From Candidatus Levilactobacillus faecigallinarum (GTDB lineage: Bacteria; Bacillota; Bacilli; Lactobacillales; Lactobacillaceae): DNA of 64,000 nt. Under the pieces are notes generated by a model that worked only from the letters and a program-made list of their open reading frames with translations, was not told the origin of the DNA and made no database searches. The DNA lies in contig DXGJ01000020.1 in the NCBI GenBank assembly GCA_019113985.1, positions 9,030 through 73,029 on the forward strand. The letters run 5' to 3'. The position numbers and the translations under genes were made by a program. Below, in pieces: positions 24,343 to 37,024 of the stretch; the first letter of the stretch is position 1; every line of letters begins with the position of its first letter.

Positions 24343-25105
24343 TATGGTAAAACTCCTCTGCGTTATGGTAGGTCGCGTCCGCGATGGCCTCCGGCGTGGT
24401 CTCCCGCTCCTTGGCGATGGCTTCGACCGTGTAGCGGGTAAAGCCGGGTTCGTTCTGCTCGCCGCGGTGAGGTTCTGGCGTCAGGTACGGTGCGTCCGTT
24501 TCAACCATCATCACGTCGAGCGGCGTGGCCCGCACGGAATCGTGGACCTCGTGGGCGTTCTTGAAACTGGCCACCCCGGAATACGAGATGTGCATCCCCA
24601 GGTCAAGGAACTTCTTCAGCCATTCGGGGTCGCCGTTAAAGCTGTGCATCACCCCACCGATGTCCTGAATCCCGGCTTCTTTAATGATTCGATAGGTATC
24701 CTCGAAGGCGTCCCGGTTGTGGACCACGATGGGTTTGCCAACTTCCTTGGCGATGGCAATCTGCCGGGCGAAGACCTTCCGCTGGGTCTCCTGTGGGGAG
24801 GTGTCCCAATGATAGTCCAGACCGATTTCGCCTAAGGCCCGAACCTGATCATCGACCAACTGTTCCTCCAACACCTTTTCGGCGTCCGGGGTGTAATTCT
24901 TCGAATCCTCCGGGTGCCAACCGACTACGGCCACCATCTGGGGATATTGGTGCGCCAACTTGATAGCGTCCGCGTTCAACTGGGTATTCGAGCCCACGTT
25001 GGCCATCCGGGTGACCCCCAGTTCCGCGGCGCGCTGCACAAACGTTGGCACGTCGTTGATGAACTCTTCGCTGTTTAAATGCGTATGTGAATCAAAGATT
25101 TCCAT
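24329..25105 (-). CDS. tatD: TatD family hydrolase
   Basis: DSHTHL, GEIGLDY, VHNRDA, ETDAPYL. Confidence 0.93.
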   Translation of the reverse strand: MEIFDSHTHLNSEEFINDVPTFVQRAAELGVTRMANVGSNTQLNADAIKLAHQYPQMVAVVGWHPEDSKNYTPDAEKVLEEQLVDDQVRALGEIGLDYHWDTSPQETQRKVFARQIAIAKEVGKPIVVHNRDAFEDTYRIIKEAGIQDIGGVMHSFNGDPEWLKKFLDLGMHISYSGVASFKNAHEVHDSVRATPLDVMMVETDAPYLTPEPHRGEQNEPGFTRYTVEAIAKERETTPEAIADATYHNAEEFYHIEKD

Positions 25106-25302
25106 TTAAAAATTTCTCCTTATTCAGAAGTCGGAGCGCCACTTCTGGCACCCTAATGGTCTACCACCATTCTAGCCCACTTCCGGTGACTTTTCGCGTG
25201 AAGCCATTTGTGAAACGCAAAATGGTCCAGGCAACCAGCACCGGTCGGGTCAAAAAACGCGGGCCGGCGTCACCAGAGTGCGCCGCCCGCGTTTGCTTGA
25301 CG

Positions 25303-27378
<2,076 letters not shown>

Positions 27379-27570
27379 TTAAAGGTTAAATTTCACGTTA
27401 AATTCTAATACAGTATAGCATAAACAAAGGGCGGACCAAAAGAACCGATTAGGCAACCAGTCCACTCGTATTTGCCGGTTATCCACTGAATCAGCAATGG
27501 CCGCCAATGACATAGCGGAAACGTTTCCGCCAGCTCATCAACGGCCACTCTTGCGTATTCTAAATTTCAC

Positions 27571-28419
27571 CTAAAATAGGTCCAATTGTTGCGGCGCTAA
27601 GTTGGTCCAATGAAGATCCAGAATCTCCCGTAAACGTAACGCGTTCGGTGCGGCATCCCGCCCGGAGTTGTTGTTGAAGATCACGCATACATCGCTGGCT
27701 TGTTGGGCCACACGACGCACCAGTGCAGCAATCTCCTGGAGTTCTTCCTCACTGTACTTATACAGGGTCCGGGTCTTACGCCAACTGGCTCCCTGATTGA
27801 ACCAGCCCTGGGCATTGCGGCCGTGCAGGCGAATCATCGCCAAGCCCGGCGTGGTCACAGTCTCGACCAACGGAATGCCATCGTTTAGATTATGGGGCTC
27901 GTCGGTCGTCACGTTGGTCATGTGCATCGAAGTCAGGTAGTCCAAGACGTCCTTGGTCATCCCCGGTGTTGCAAACCAGCTAGGACTGCGAAACTCCACC
28001 GCAATCGGCAACTGGCCCATCCAGGTCCGGACCTCACGCAGATACTGAATGTTAGCCGTGGTCCGGTTAAAGTACGGCGGAAACTGGAATAGAATCGTCC
28101 TTAGCTGGTGAGCTCGCGCTAAAGGGGTCACCAAGTCGCAGTAGTTGGCGAAGGTCTCTTCGACCGCTTCGCGGGTCACCGGCTGGTCGCGCTGGCCGTG
28201 AGTGGTCATCACCTGGTTGGCCTTCAGAATAAACTGAAAGCCATCCGGCACTTGGGCCTGCCAATTGGCTAAGGTACTGGCCCGGGGCAACCCGTAAAAT
28301 GGCGTGTCTAACTCCACGACCGGTAGACTCCCAGCGTATTCCGTCAGGGTGACCGGCCGTTGTTCCCCACCAATCAGGGCGGGGTGTTCCGTCCAGGTGG
28401 TCAATCCAATCGTTATCAT
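27571..28419 (-). CDS. DUF72 family protein
   Basis: VELDTPFY, LFQFPPYF, AVEFRS, RLHGRN, FNNN. Confidence 0.88.
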   Translation of the reverse strand: MITIGLTTWTEHPALIGGEQRPVTLTEYAGSLPVVELDTPFYGLPRASTLANWQAQVPDGFQFILKANQVMTTHGQRDQPVTREAVEETFANYCDLVTPLARAHQLRTILFQFPPYFNRTTANIQYLREVRTWMGQLPIAVEFRSPSWFATPGMTKDVLDYLTSMHMTNVTTDEPHNLNDGIPLVETVTTPGLAMIRLHGRNAQGWFNQGASWRKTRTLYKYSEEELQEIAALVRRVAQQASDVCVIFNNNSGRDAAPNALRLREILDLHWTNLAPQQLDLF

Positions 28420-28436
28420 GAACAATCCCTCCCGCG

Positions 28437-28766
28437 TTATTTAAACCGTTCAAACTGCTTGATGAGTGCGGCCTCCGGCTCGGTCAGATGACCCCGGAGT
28501 TGGCTAATCAGCCGCCGACCGGCCAGGCGGTCGTTGTACCGAATCCCGGTCACACAAAGGTCAATCAGGGCGAAGATAATGGTAACCGTCGCCGCGCGCT
28601 GCCGGGTAAAGGCCGTGTTGAACAGCAGCACAACTTCCTGGTTGAACGCCAACTGTAAAATACCGTAAATCACCAGGGTATCTGGAATCAGTTGTAAAAA
28701 GTTGAGCCACCGTAACCGGCGAACCAGTTGCCGCAACTGCGTGATAATTTCCTGGTGATCCATCAA
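28437..28766 (-). CDS. Hypothetical membrane protein
   Basis: Two hydrophobic segments; RBS ggagg; operon position. Confidence 0.65.
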   Translation of the reverse strand: MMDHQEIITQLRQLVRRLRWLNFLQLIPDTLVIYGILQLAFNQEVVLLFNTAFTRQRAATVTIIFALIDLCVTGIRYNDRLAGRRLISQLRGHLTEPEAALIKQFERFK

Positions 28767-28775
28767 ACGGCCTCC

Positions 28776-29474
28776 TTAAACCTGTAGTTCGGTGAAAAAT
28801 TGAGTTGCGTCGGCCTGCACCATCTCGATGGGCATCCCCAGGTCCAACTTCTCCTGATTGATGACCACCACTGGCGCCTGGACATTGCGATAATCTAGCA
28901 ACCCAGCAAACGGGTAGACCCGCATCGATGTACCCACCACGACCACCAAATCCGCGGCAGCCATGGCCGCGACGGCGCGCTGAACGTTCAGCTGATTCAG
29001 GCCCTCATCGTAGAGCACCACGTCAGGCCGTAACCAGCCGCCATCCGTCTTGTGGTGCGGATCCTTCAGATACTCGTGCCAATCAACAGCGGCCCCACAG
29101 ACCTGGCAATAAACTTGGTACATGTTGCCGTGAAACTCGATGAGGTGGGCACACTGCGCAACATTGTAGAGGTTATCGATATTTTGGGTAATGACCGTGG
29201 CCCGATTCTCTCGGGTCAGCGCCGCCTGCTTCTCATGAATCACGTTGGGCTTAGCGTCCGGATGATAGAGGTTCTGCTCCACGTAATCGTAGAAGGTCTC
29301 CGGTTCCTGTGTCAGACAGGCGTGACTTAAATAATACTCGGCATTGCGGTGCCCGGTGTACAGGCCGTTTTTTGAGCGATAGTCCGGAATCCCTGAGGGC
29401 GTCGAGACGCCAGCTCCCGTCAAAAAAACGATGTGCTGAGCTTGGGTAAACAATTCTTGTAACCGTGCTTCCAT
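28776..29474 (-). CDS. cobB: NAD-dependent protein deacylase (Sir2 family)
   Basis: TGAGVSTPSGIPDYRS, TQNID, FHGN, RPDVVLY, GTS. Confidence 0.92.
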   Translation of the reverse strand: MEARLQELFTQAQHIVFLTGAGVSTPSGIPDYRSKNGLYTGHRNAEYYLSHACLTQEPETFYDYVEQNLYHPDAKPNVIHEKQAALTRENRATVITQNIDNLYNVAQCAHLIEFHGNMYQVYCQVCGAAVDWHEYLKDPHHKTDGGWLRPDVVLYDEGLNQLNVQRAVAAMAAADLVVVVGTSMRVYPFAGLLDYRNVQAPVVVINQEKLDLGMPIEMVQADATQFFTELQV

Positions 29475-29647
29475 GATTTTATCTCCCTTATAACGCGGTG
29501 TATCACGAATAACTCCATTATAGCATGCTGGTTTCACGGGTGCCGACTATCCCGTCACTTGCGTAAATTGACCATTAACCCTTTAATATCAAAAAGGATG
29601 CGACCAAAGGCCCCACCCGTTTTGACTGATTCAACTTACCCTGTTGT

Positions 29648-30613
29648 TTACCGTAAAATGTAAGGCATCTTCAACATATCAAAGAGGTCTTGTACGGTCA
29701 TATCGTAAATCTTGGTGTAGTACCCTGGCTCATCTTCGGACGGCTTAGGCGCTGGTAACACAAACGCGTTCTGCTGGTCGGTCTTGTTAAACCCAACGTA
29801 ACCCCGCCGTTGCGTGGTCTTCTCGTGCATGTCGGAATGATACAGTTCGAAGACCTGCCGCACGCTCAGGTTAAGCTGGCGTTGCGACATCACGCTGGTC
29901 AGCGTGGTGAACTCCGAGTTGTGCAGGGCTGGCAGGTGCCAAGCCTCTAGTTGCGCGTCGAAGGCCTTAAACAGCTTGACCACGTTGCGGCGGAGGCTGA
30001 ATGGTGAGGTCACTGGCTTGGCGGTAATCGTTTGGTACAGCTTCTGTGCCGCCGCAAAGCTGACCGGATAATCCTTGGCGAACTGCGCGTTGATGGCATC
30101 ATCGTCCGGGCCAAAGAAGACCAGGGCATCCAGTAGCGTTAACGTCCGTAAGGTCATTTCGTCATCCCGTTCTTCGGGTTCGGGCTTAAGCGTTGCCTCA
30201 ACCCCCTTCAGATAGAGGTCGTTGATCTCTGGCGTAATCAACCCGTGCTTACGTTGTTCACTGACCACGACCTCGTGACTGACGATGTCGTAGAGTTCCG
30301 TTCCCATGATCATCAGCTGTTCATCCAGCTGCGGTTGGCCGGTGGTCAGGGAGAAGAAGACCTGTGGGAACCCGGAAAGAATCATCAGGAGGTGCAGAAG
30401 TTCGTGGGAGGCCGTGTAGTTCGGCGCTGTTAAGTCAGCGACCTGAATCTGAATATCCTTCCCCAATTGCATCTGCTGGGCCTGGTCATGGCGCACGAAC
30501 CCGGCCTGAAGTTGGCCAATGAACTCGACCGTGACCTTGCCCGGATACAGGTTATTGACTTGGTTGATGAGGTCTTGAACCTCATCGTTTAATTGTACGT
30601 CTTTTGCTTCCAT
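29648..30613 (-). CDS. Conserved lactobacillar protein with HExxH motif (IpaB/EvcA-annotated family)
   Basis: 321-aa ORF with SHELLH; family recognised from memory. Confidence 0.65.
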   Translation of the reverse strand: MEAKDVQLNDEVQDLINQVNNLYPGKVTVEFIGQLQAGFVRHDQAQQMQLGKDIQIQVADLTAPNYTASHELLHLLMILSGFPQVFFSLTTGQPQLDEQLMIMGTELYDIVSHEVVVSEQRKHGLITPEINDLYLKGVEATLKPEPEERDDEMTLRTLTLLDALVFFGPDDDAINAQFAKDYPVSFAAAQKLYQTITAKPVTSPFSLRRNVVKLFKAFDAQLEAWHLPALHNSEFTTLTSVMSQRQLNLSVRQVFELYHSDMHEKTTQRRGYVGFNKTDQQNAFVLPAPKPSEDEPGYYTKIYDMTVQDLFDMLKMPYILR

Positions 30614-30615
30614 GG

Positions 30616-31884
30616 TTAGCTGTCATCCTTTTTGGTTAAATTAGCTTGCCGGACGGCTTCAAGGGCTGCCTGAGCTTGAGCGGTGGTTGGTTGTTTAGCG
30701 GTTAGCCGAGCGACCACCGCAGGGACCTCGGCTGGCGTTGCCCCAACGGACAGGGCGAGTGATTTGATTTGCAGGTGCATGTGACCACGCTGAATGCCCT
30801 CGGTCACCAATGCCCGCAAGGCCGCCAAGTTTTGGGCCAAGCCCAGGGCGACCGTCAGTCGCATCAGATCCCGAGCACTGGTGATGTGGGCGATCTGCTG
30901 GTTAACGGCGACCAACGGGAAAACCCGGGTGGCACCGCCGACGACACCCAGGGCCAGGGGCAACGTTAACGTCCCTTGCAGCTGGCCGTCCGCTAGCCAC
31001 CAGCGACTCAGACCACGGTACTGGCCGTCACGGGCCGCATAGGCGTGGACGCCACTCTCGACGGACCGCCAATCATTACCCATCGCAAGCACCACGGCGT
31101 CAACGCCATTCATGATGCCCTTGTTATGGGTCGTCGCCCGGTACGGGTCGAGCTGGGCGAAGTCGCTGGCCGCACAGATCCGTTCAGCAACTTGGGCGCC
31201 GGAAATCGTCTTGGTCGCCAGTTGCCCCACCGGTACGGCCACCCGGGCCGTCGCTAGGCTATGCGTGGCGTAGTTACTGAGGATACTCATCAGGATTGTT
31301 CCGTCCAGATGGGGCCGTAATGCGGTCGCCACTGCCTCGGTCAGGGTGTTGACCAGGTTGGCCCCCATCGCCTCGCCCACGTCGATAAAGAGGTCGACAG
31401 ATACCCAATCGGGTGCTAGCGTGCGGACGCGCACGGAACGAGCCCCACCCCCGTGTCGCAATAAGCTAGGGTGTGCCTCATCAGCGACTTGCAGAAGTTC
31501 TGCCTGATGGGCGGTCACCCAGGCCGTCAGCGCCGCGGGGTCACTAACGTGCTGGCACACGATCTGCCCCATGAGTTCGCGCTGCGTCACCGTGGTCTGA
31601 ATGCCCCCGTTGCCGGCTAACAGCCGGCCGCCATTGCTGGCGGCAGCAATCACCGAGGGTTCCTCGGTGACCATCGGTACGGCAACCGTCCGACCGTCGA
31701 CGTGGAGATTCACGGCGACGCCTTCGGGCAAGCCGTAGGTGGTTAGATAGTTTTCAATTAACTCTTCGTCAGCCGACTGCCGCCGTTGTGCCAGCGCCGC
31801 TACTTGGTCAGTCGTCAGGTGGCTGGCCGTTACCAACCGACGGCGACGATCAGCGTAGGGTAACCGGTAAAAGGGTGTGTCCAT
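30616..31884 (-). CDS. mvaA: Hydroxymethylglutaryl-CoA reductase, class II
   Basis: EEPSVIAAAS, EAMGAN, RATTHNKGIMNG, GIQRGHM. Confidence 0.93.
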   Translation of the reverse strand: MDTPFYRLPYADRRRRLVTASHLTTDQVAALAQRRQSADEELIENYLTTYGLPEGVAVNLHVDGRTVAVPMVTEEPSVIAAASNGGRLLAGNGGIQTTVTQRELMGQIVCQHVSDPAALTAWVTAHQAELLQVADEAHPSLLRHGGGARSVRVRTLAPDWVSVDLFIDVGEAMGANLVNTLTEAVATALRPHLDGTILMSILSNYATHSLATARVAVPVGQLATKTISGAQVAERICAASDFAQLDPYRATTHNKGIMNGVDAVVLAMGNDWRSVESGVHAYAARDGQYRGLSRWWLADGQLQGTLTLPLALGVVGGATRVFPLVAVNQQIAHITSARDLMRLTVALGLAQNLAALRALVTEGIQRGHMHLQIKSLALSVGATPAEVPAVVARLTAKQPTTAQAQAALEAVRQANLTKKDDS

Positions 31885-31897
31885 CGGTATTCCCTCC

Positions 31898-32818
31898 TTA
31901 ACGTTGACTCAGGTACTCGGAAATGATGCCTTCGCGAACACCACTCTCGGAAAAGACCACCCGGGCGGAATCCAACATCTGCAGGAGCGTCACCAAGGGA
32001 AGCATCCCTCCCAGAATGATGTCGGCCCGTTCCGGTTCCAAACCAGAGATCCGTTTACGTGCCTTCAAGGGCACCTCTAGCAGGCGTTGGAAAGTTCGGT
32101 TGACCTGGTCGGTGGTCAGGCGATAGCCGTGAATGTTCTCCACGTGTAAAATCTTCTGCTGCTGGCGGTTCATCCGGGCCAGCGTCCGGTTCGCGCCGCC
32201 CAACAAGACTAACGGTAAGTGTTTCGCATCGTTGAGCCACCAGATGTCCCGTAGGCGTTCGCGTAGAAAGACCTGTGCGGAAAAGAGGTCCACGGCCGTG
32301 ACCACGTCATCGAGATGAAACTGTTCGGAGAGGTTCACGGCGCCAAACGGGACACTGATCAAGTTGGCATCTTTGCCATCCTTAACGTGAACCATTTCGC
32401 AACTAGCTCCGCCGGTGTCCAGGAGCAAACAATCCTTGACCTTTAGGCGGTTGACCGCCCCCAGGTAATCGTAATAGGCTTCTTGGTCCCCGGACAGGAC
32501 TTCGAGTTCGATGCCGGTAGCGTCCCGAACTTGTTGCAGGAAGTCACGTCGGTTCCGCGCCTGGCGGACCGCAGCCGTAGCAATTCCGCGAACAATCAAT
32601 TGGGGCAGGTGCTCATAGTACGGTCGAAAGGACCGTAAGGCGGCAATCGTCCGCCCCATCGCTTTCGGTTGCAGGATCTTCTCGGGACCCATCCCTTCGG
32701 ACAGGCGACTATCTACTTTGACCCGGTTGACTTCCCGGTAGGTTCCGTCGTCGCGTAATTCGTTAACGGCCAGACGGACCGAGTTGGATCCTAAATCCAC
32801 AATGGCTAAATTCTGCAT
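31898..32818 (-). CDS. ppx: Ppx/GppA family exopolyphosphatase
   Basis: DLGSNSVRL, ATAAVRQA, DTGGASCE, GVREG. Confidence 0.9.
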   Translation of the reverse strand: MQNLAIVDLGSNSVRLAVNELRDDGTYREVNRVKVDSRLSEGMGPEKILQPKAMGRTIAALRSFRPYYEHLPQLIVRGIATAAVRQARNRRDFLQQVRDATGIELEVLSGDQEAYYDYLGAVNRLKVKDCLLLDTGGASCEMVHVKDGKDANLISVPFGAVNLSEQFHLDDVVTAVDLFSAQVFLRERLRDIWWLNDAKHLPLVLLGGANRTLARMNRQQQKILHVENIHGYRLTTDQVNRTFQRLLEVPLKARKRISGLEPERADIILGGMLPLVTLLQMLDSARVVFSESGVREGIISEYLSQR

Positions 32819-32838
32819 GCTGTTCCCCCCATTTCGGG

Positions 32839-33858
32839 CTAGCCGAAGTAGTCGATACCGACGGCGTGCCGAACTTCGTGTAACGTCTGTGCGGCAACTT
32901 GGTTGGCCTTTTCACTTCCCTGCTTCAAAATGTCGTAAACCCCAGCTGGGTCGGCGGCAAATTTCTCGCGGCGCTCGCGAATTGGGGCCAATTCGGCCTG
33001 TAAGACGTCGTTTAAATACCGTTTAATCTTAACATCTCCGAGGCCACCATGCTGGTATTGTGCCTTCAAGTCAGCGATTTTAGCCTTGTCTTCGCCAAAG
33101 ATATCCAAATAAGTGAAGACCGTGTTGCCTTCGATATGGCCGGGGTCCTCAACGTGGATGTGTTCGGGATCGGTGTACATCGACATCACTTTCTTTTGAA
33201 TCGTGTCGGCATCGTCACCCAGGTAAATGGCGTTGTTCAGGGACTTGCTCATCTTGGCATTCCCATCAAGACCCGGAATCCGTCCCAGGCCCTTAGCTGG
33301 GAAGTAGCCTTCGGGTTCCACCAGAATCTCTTGACCGTAAATATTGTTGAAGCTTCGAACAATTTCCCGCGTCTGCTCCAGCATTGGTTCTTGGTCGTCA
33401 CCAACGGGCACCGTGTCAGCCTTAAAAGCGGTGATATCGGCAGCTTGACTGACCGGGTAGATGAAGAACCCAGCGGGCACGCTTTCGCCGAAGGCTTTTT
33501 GCTTGATTTCGGTCTTAACGGTTGGGTTCCGGTTCAGGCGGGAAACAGAGACCAGGTTCAGGTAGGTCATGGTCAGTTCACTCAACGCTGGAATCTGGGA
33601 TTGGACCAGAATCGTCGACTTGGCGGGATCAATGCCCACGGCCAGGTAATCCAAGGCCACCTGCAACAGACTGTGGCGAATTTTCTCGGGATCCCGGGCA
33701 TTATCGGTCAAGGCCTGGGTGTCGGCAATCATGATAAAGGTGTCGTAGTCACCGGTATTCTGTAACATGACCCGGTTCTTCAGGGAACCCACGTAGTGTC
33801 CAATGTGCAATTTACCGGTTGGGCGGTCACCCGTTAAAATTACGTGTTTTTTCGTCAT
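32839..33858 (-). CDS. trpS: Tryptophan--tRNA ligase
   Basis: [34 protein letters not shown]. Confidence 0.97.
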   Translation of the reverse strand: MTKKHVILTGDRPTGKLHIGHYVGSLKNRVMLQNTGDYDTFIMIADTQALTDNARDPEKIRHSLLQVALDYLAVGIDPAKSTILVQSQIPALSELTMTYLNLVSVSRLNRNPTVKTEIKQKAFGESVPAGFFIYPVSQAADITAFKADTVPVGDDQEPMLEQTREIVRSFNNIYGQEILVEPEGYFPAKGLGRIPGLDGNAKMSKSLNNAIYLGDDADTIQKKVMSMYTDPEHIHVEDPGHIEGNTVFTYLDIFGEDKAKIADLKAQYQHGGLGDVKIKRYLNDVLQAELAPIRERREKFAADPAGVYDILKQGSEKANQVAAQTLHEVRHAVGIDYFG

Positions 33859-33875
33859 TAAAAATCTTCCTTTCT

Positions 33876-34080
33876 GTTAAAAAAGCGCCCCACTGGATCT
33901 CTCCAATAGGACGCTTTTGCGCGGTACCACCTAACTTGTGGTCATGCTGACCACCACTTTTGCCGTTAACGGGGCACCCGCGACGTCTTCGTCTAAAATT
34001 TATTACGTATTCCGACCCACTTCGACCGTGACCCCGTTACAGCATTGCCGGAATCTCTCTGGACTTGGTCTACTCCTATC
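33876..34080 (-). ncRNA. T-box riboswitch leader of trpS
   Basis: Minus strand T-box AGGTGGTACCGCG (about 33920-33932), AGAGA and GCTG stem I motifs (about 34040-34060), and a terminator ending ggggcgctttttt before the RBS. Boundaries approximate. Confidence 0.88.
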
Positions 34081-34269
34081 GAAACATCTGCCTACAGTTT
34101 AGTGGATTTTGGCTAGAAAGTAAACTGAAAGTCGCACTGGGCATTTGAGAGCGTCTCAAGGTGCGTGTGACCGCGTTAAAAATCGCGGCGGTCTTTGATT
34201 GACAGCGCCCAGAAATGTGACTAAACTTGTTAGGCAATTTAGCAAAATCTAATAAGGAGGCGGTCATCT

Positions 34270-36576
34270 GTGACCACCAACGAACAAGCAAACGAGCAAC
34301 GCCGTGTGGACACCGTCGTTAACCAGATTGGGCAACGTATCGACAAAACCCAGGGGGAATTTGACGACGCCCACAAAGAACTGCGTAACGTGCTGAAGAA
34401 CTATAGTGAAAACACGTCGGTCAACTGGTTCGAAGTCGATGACCGAATCGAAACCAGCGCCGAGTTGCAACAACAACGGGCACTGGTCTCCCGCCTGACT
34501 GAAAATCAAAACATTATTCAAGATCAGCTACGCACTTACCAAGAACTACAGAAGTCGCCCTACTTCGGCCGCATCGATATCAAAGATCCCGATGAATCAA
34601 CACCAGAATCGCTGTACATCGGCACCGCCTCGTTCGTCGACCAGGACGAGAATTTCCTAGTCTACGACTGGCGCGCCCCCATCTCCAGTATCTACTATAA
34701 TGGTGTTCTGGGTGAAGTCGCCTACAACACCCCGGCCGGTGATCAACAGACCGAGCTCCTGAAGAAACGGCAATTTCTAATTCAGGATGGTCAGATTCAA
34801 AGCATGTTTGACACCAATGAGACCGTCGGTGACGAGATGCTCCAACACGTGCTTGGCGAACAAAACGATGCCACCATGCAAAACATTGTCGCCACCATCC
34901 AAAGTGAACAAAACGATATCATTCGTGACGTCCACAGCGACCTGCTGGTGGTCCAAGGCGTCGCCGGTTCTGGTAAGACCTCGGCCATCCTACAACGCAT
35001 CGCTTTTCTGCTATACCACAGTCGGCGCGACCTTGAGGCCGACCAAATCGTGCTGTTCTCTCCCAACCGCCTATTTAGCCACTACATCAGTGACGTCCTC
35101 CCCAGTTTAGGGGAACGTAATATGCGTCAGGTCACATTGGCTGAATTTTTAACTCAGCGTTTCCAAGGACTGAACGTTCAGACCCAGTTCGAACGTTATG
35201 AAGATGACCAGCAACAGCCGGTTAACCTCGCCCTTCGCGGCTTCCAGGAGAGTGCCGCGATGATGGACGCCGTGCGTGATTATTGTCAGACCTGTCCAGC
35301 CGATCAGTTGGTCTTTACCGACATTCGGTTTAAGGGCCGGGTCTTCTTCGACCATACCGAGATACAGGATATCTATGCCCAGTATCCCGTGACACTGCCA
35401 CCAGCCGAACGCTTCTTGAAGACCAAGAATGCCCTAGAGAAACGGCTAAAACACCGAATCGCCGAAGAGGCCAAGGAAGACTGGGTCCGAGACACCATCG
35501 ACCAACTCAGCGACGAAGACTATCACAACCTGTTAGGTGCTAAACACATCGGCCAGTTCGAACAACTCGACGACGAAATCGACTTCATCGCCCGAGAAAT
35601 CGTCCGCCGACGCCTGCGGCAGGTTGATGACGCCATCTACAACGGGTATTTCCTAGACGTTTATAGCCAATACACGGCCTTCCTGAACCAGTGCCAGCTA
35701 CCAACCGACGTAACGGCAACCGACTGGCAAACCATCATCGATCGTTACCAACACGATATCGAATTCCATAAGTTAGCACTGACCGATGCGGCACCGTTGC
35801 TTTACCTGCGCGACCTGTTGACCGGGGGCGGCAAGAACCACCAGATGCAACACCTCTTCGTCGACGAGATGCAGGACTACTCAATTGCCCAGTTGGTCTA
35901 CCTGCAGCACGCGTTTCCCCGGGCCAAGCTGACGCTACTGGGTGACAGTGAGCAAGCCCTGTTTAAGGCCGTTGAGTCCCCCGAATCCATCTTAAAGAAA
36001 CTGGGGGAGGCCCTGCACGCCAAGCGGTCTCGCTTGATTACGTTGCGGCGCTCTTACCGCTCAACGCTCCCCATCACCACGTTCGCCAAAGCCCTCTTGC
36101 CGGATGGTGATAAGATTGAAGCCTTCAACCGGCCTGGTGACCTGCCCAAGGTGGTCATTCGGTATGATGCCGCTACAGCCTTCAAAGCGTTGGCCAATGA
36201 GCTTCGGGCAGAAATCGCGACCAACGGCACCGTGGCAATTCTGACCAAGAATACCGCGGAGGCCAAATACGTTTATCAGGAACTGCACGCAGATTTCGAC
36301 CTGACCCGGTTAAGCGACGCGGACCGTTCCCTGCCGAAGGGGGTGGTAGTCCTGCCAATTTATCTGGCGAAGGGGTTGGAATTTGATAGCGTCATCGCCT
36401 ATAATGTCTCCGCAGACAACTACCCCAACGAGCAGTTCACTGGAACGCTCTACACCATTGCGTCACGGGCGATGCACCATTTGACTATCCTCAGCATTGG
36501 GGCAGTCTCACCCCTAATCGCTTCGGATAAAATCCCCCAGAATGATCTCCGTATTGAACACGAACTGAGTAATTAA
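34270..36576 (+). CDS. helD: RNA polymerase recycling motor ATPase HelD
   Basis: SPYFGRID, YDWRAPISS, QGVAGSGKTS, DEMQD, SYRST, KGLEFD. Confidence 0.92.
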   Translation: MTTNEQANEQRRVDTVVNQIGQRIDKTQGEFDDAHKELRNVLKNYSENTSVNWFEVDDRIETSAELQQQRALVSRLTENQNIIQDQLRTYQELQKSPYFGRIDIKDPDESTPESLYIGTASFVDQDENFLVYDWRAPISSIYYNGVLGEVAYNTPAGDQQTELLKKRQFLIQDGQIQSMFDTNETVGDEMLQHVLGEQNDATMQNIVATIQSEQNDIIRDVHSDLLVVQGVAGSGKTSAILQRIAFLLYHSRRDLEADQIVLFSPNRLFSHYISDVLPSLGERNMRQVTLAEFLTQRFQGLNVQTQFERYEDDQQQPVNLALRGFQESAAMMDAVRDYCQTCPADQLVFTDIRFKGRVFFDHTEIQDIYAQYPVTLPPAERFLKTKNALEKRLKHRIAEEAKEDWVRDTIDQLSDEDYHNLLGAKHIGQFEQLDDEIDFIAREIVRRRLRQVDDAIYNGYFLDVYSQYTAFLNQCQLPTDVTATDWQTIIDRYQHDIEFHKLALTDAAPLLYLRDLLTGGGKNHQMQHLFVDEMQDYSIAQLVYLQHAFPRAKLTLLGDSEQALFKAVESPESILKKLGEALHAKRSRLITLRRSYRSTLPITTFAKALLPDGDKIEAFNRPGDLPKVVIRYDAATAFKALANELRAEIATNGTVAILTKNTAEAKYVYQELHADFDLTRLSDADRSLPKGVVVLPIYLAKGLEFDSVIAYNVSADNYPNEQFTGTLYTIASRAMHHLTILSIGAVSPLIASDKIPQNDLRIEHELSN

Positions 36577-36581
36577 TCACC

Positions 36582-36621
36582 AAAAGCGTTGCTTACCAGC
36601 AAATGGGGGCAACGCTTTTTT
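36582..36621. terminator. Intrinsic terminator after helD
   Basis: aaaagcgttgc...gcaacgctttttt. Confidence 0.75.
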
Positions 36622-36627
36622 GCGTTT

Positions 36628-36771
36628 TCAAGGACATGAACGTTTCAGTGCTGCGTAGAGGCCCGCCACCGTAATGGGCACCGTCTTTGCCTGGGCCGTC
36701 ATGGGCATTGCCATGACGATTCCTAAGGTAATTGCAATAAGAATCAACCATGCTACTAACTTTGTCTCCAT
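36628..36771 (-). CDS. 47-aa ORF consisting of a signal peptide and a short tail (small secreted peptide or gene remnant)
   Basis: Manual translation METKLVAWLILIAITLGIVMAMPMTAQAKTVPITVAGLYAALKRSCP; not in the ORF track. Confidence 0.4.
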   Translation of the reverse strand: METKLVAWLILIAITLGIVMAMPMTAQAKTVPITVAGLYAALKRSCP

Positions 36772-37024
36772 GTCCAACCATCCCCGGATTCCTAGATTTT
36801 TGGTTAGCTAAACTATACGCGCCTAACCCCTGTACCGTGTATCGTAACCACTAGGCCTGCCAAATTCCCTATAAATCCTCCGATAAAAGGGCCCCCATCC
36901 CCCGTTACCCCGGTCGTTTTACGCTAACGAACGCTCGACGCAAATCTGGTAAGTTTAGCAAAGCCGAAAAGGCCACCCCGTTTTTACTGCGTGGATGACC
37001 TGTTTCTAATCTTATCGGGTTTAT

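Noticed and set aside
28776-29474. Sir2 protein as a possible anti-phage effector
   Set aside because: Short canonical CobB-type deacylase in a housekeeping neighbourhood with no defence partner genes.
33049-33765. 238-aa antisense ORF within trpS
   Set aside because: Same shadow-ORF effect; no protein features.
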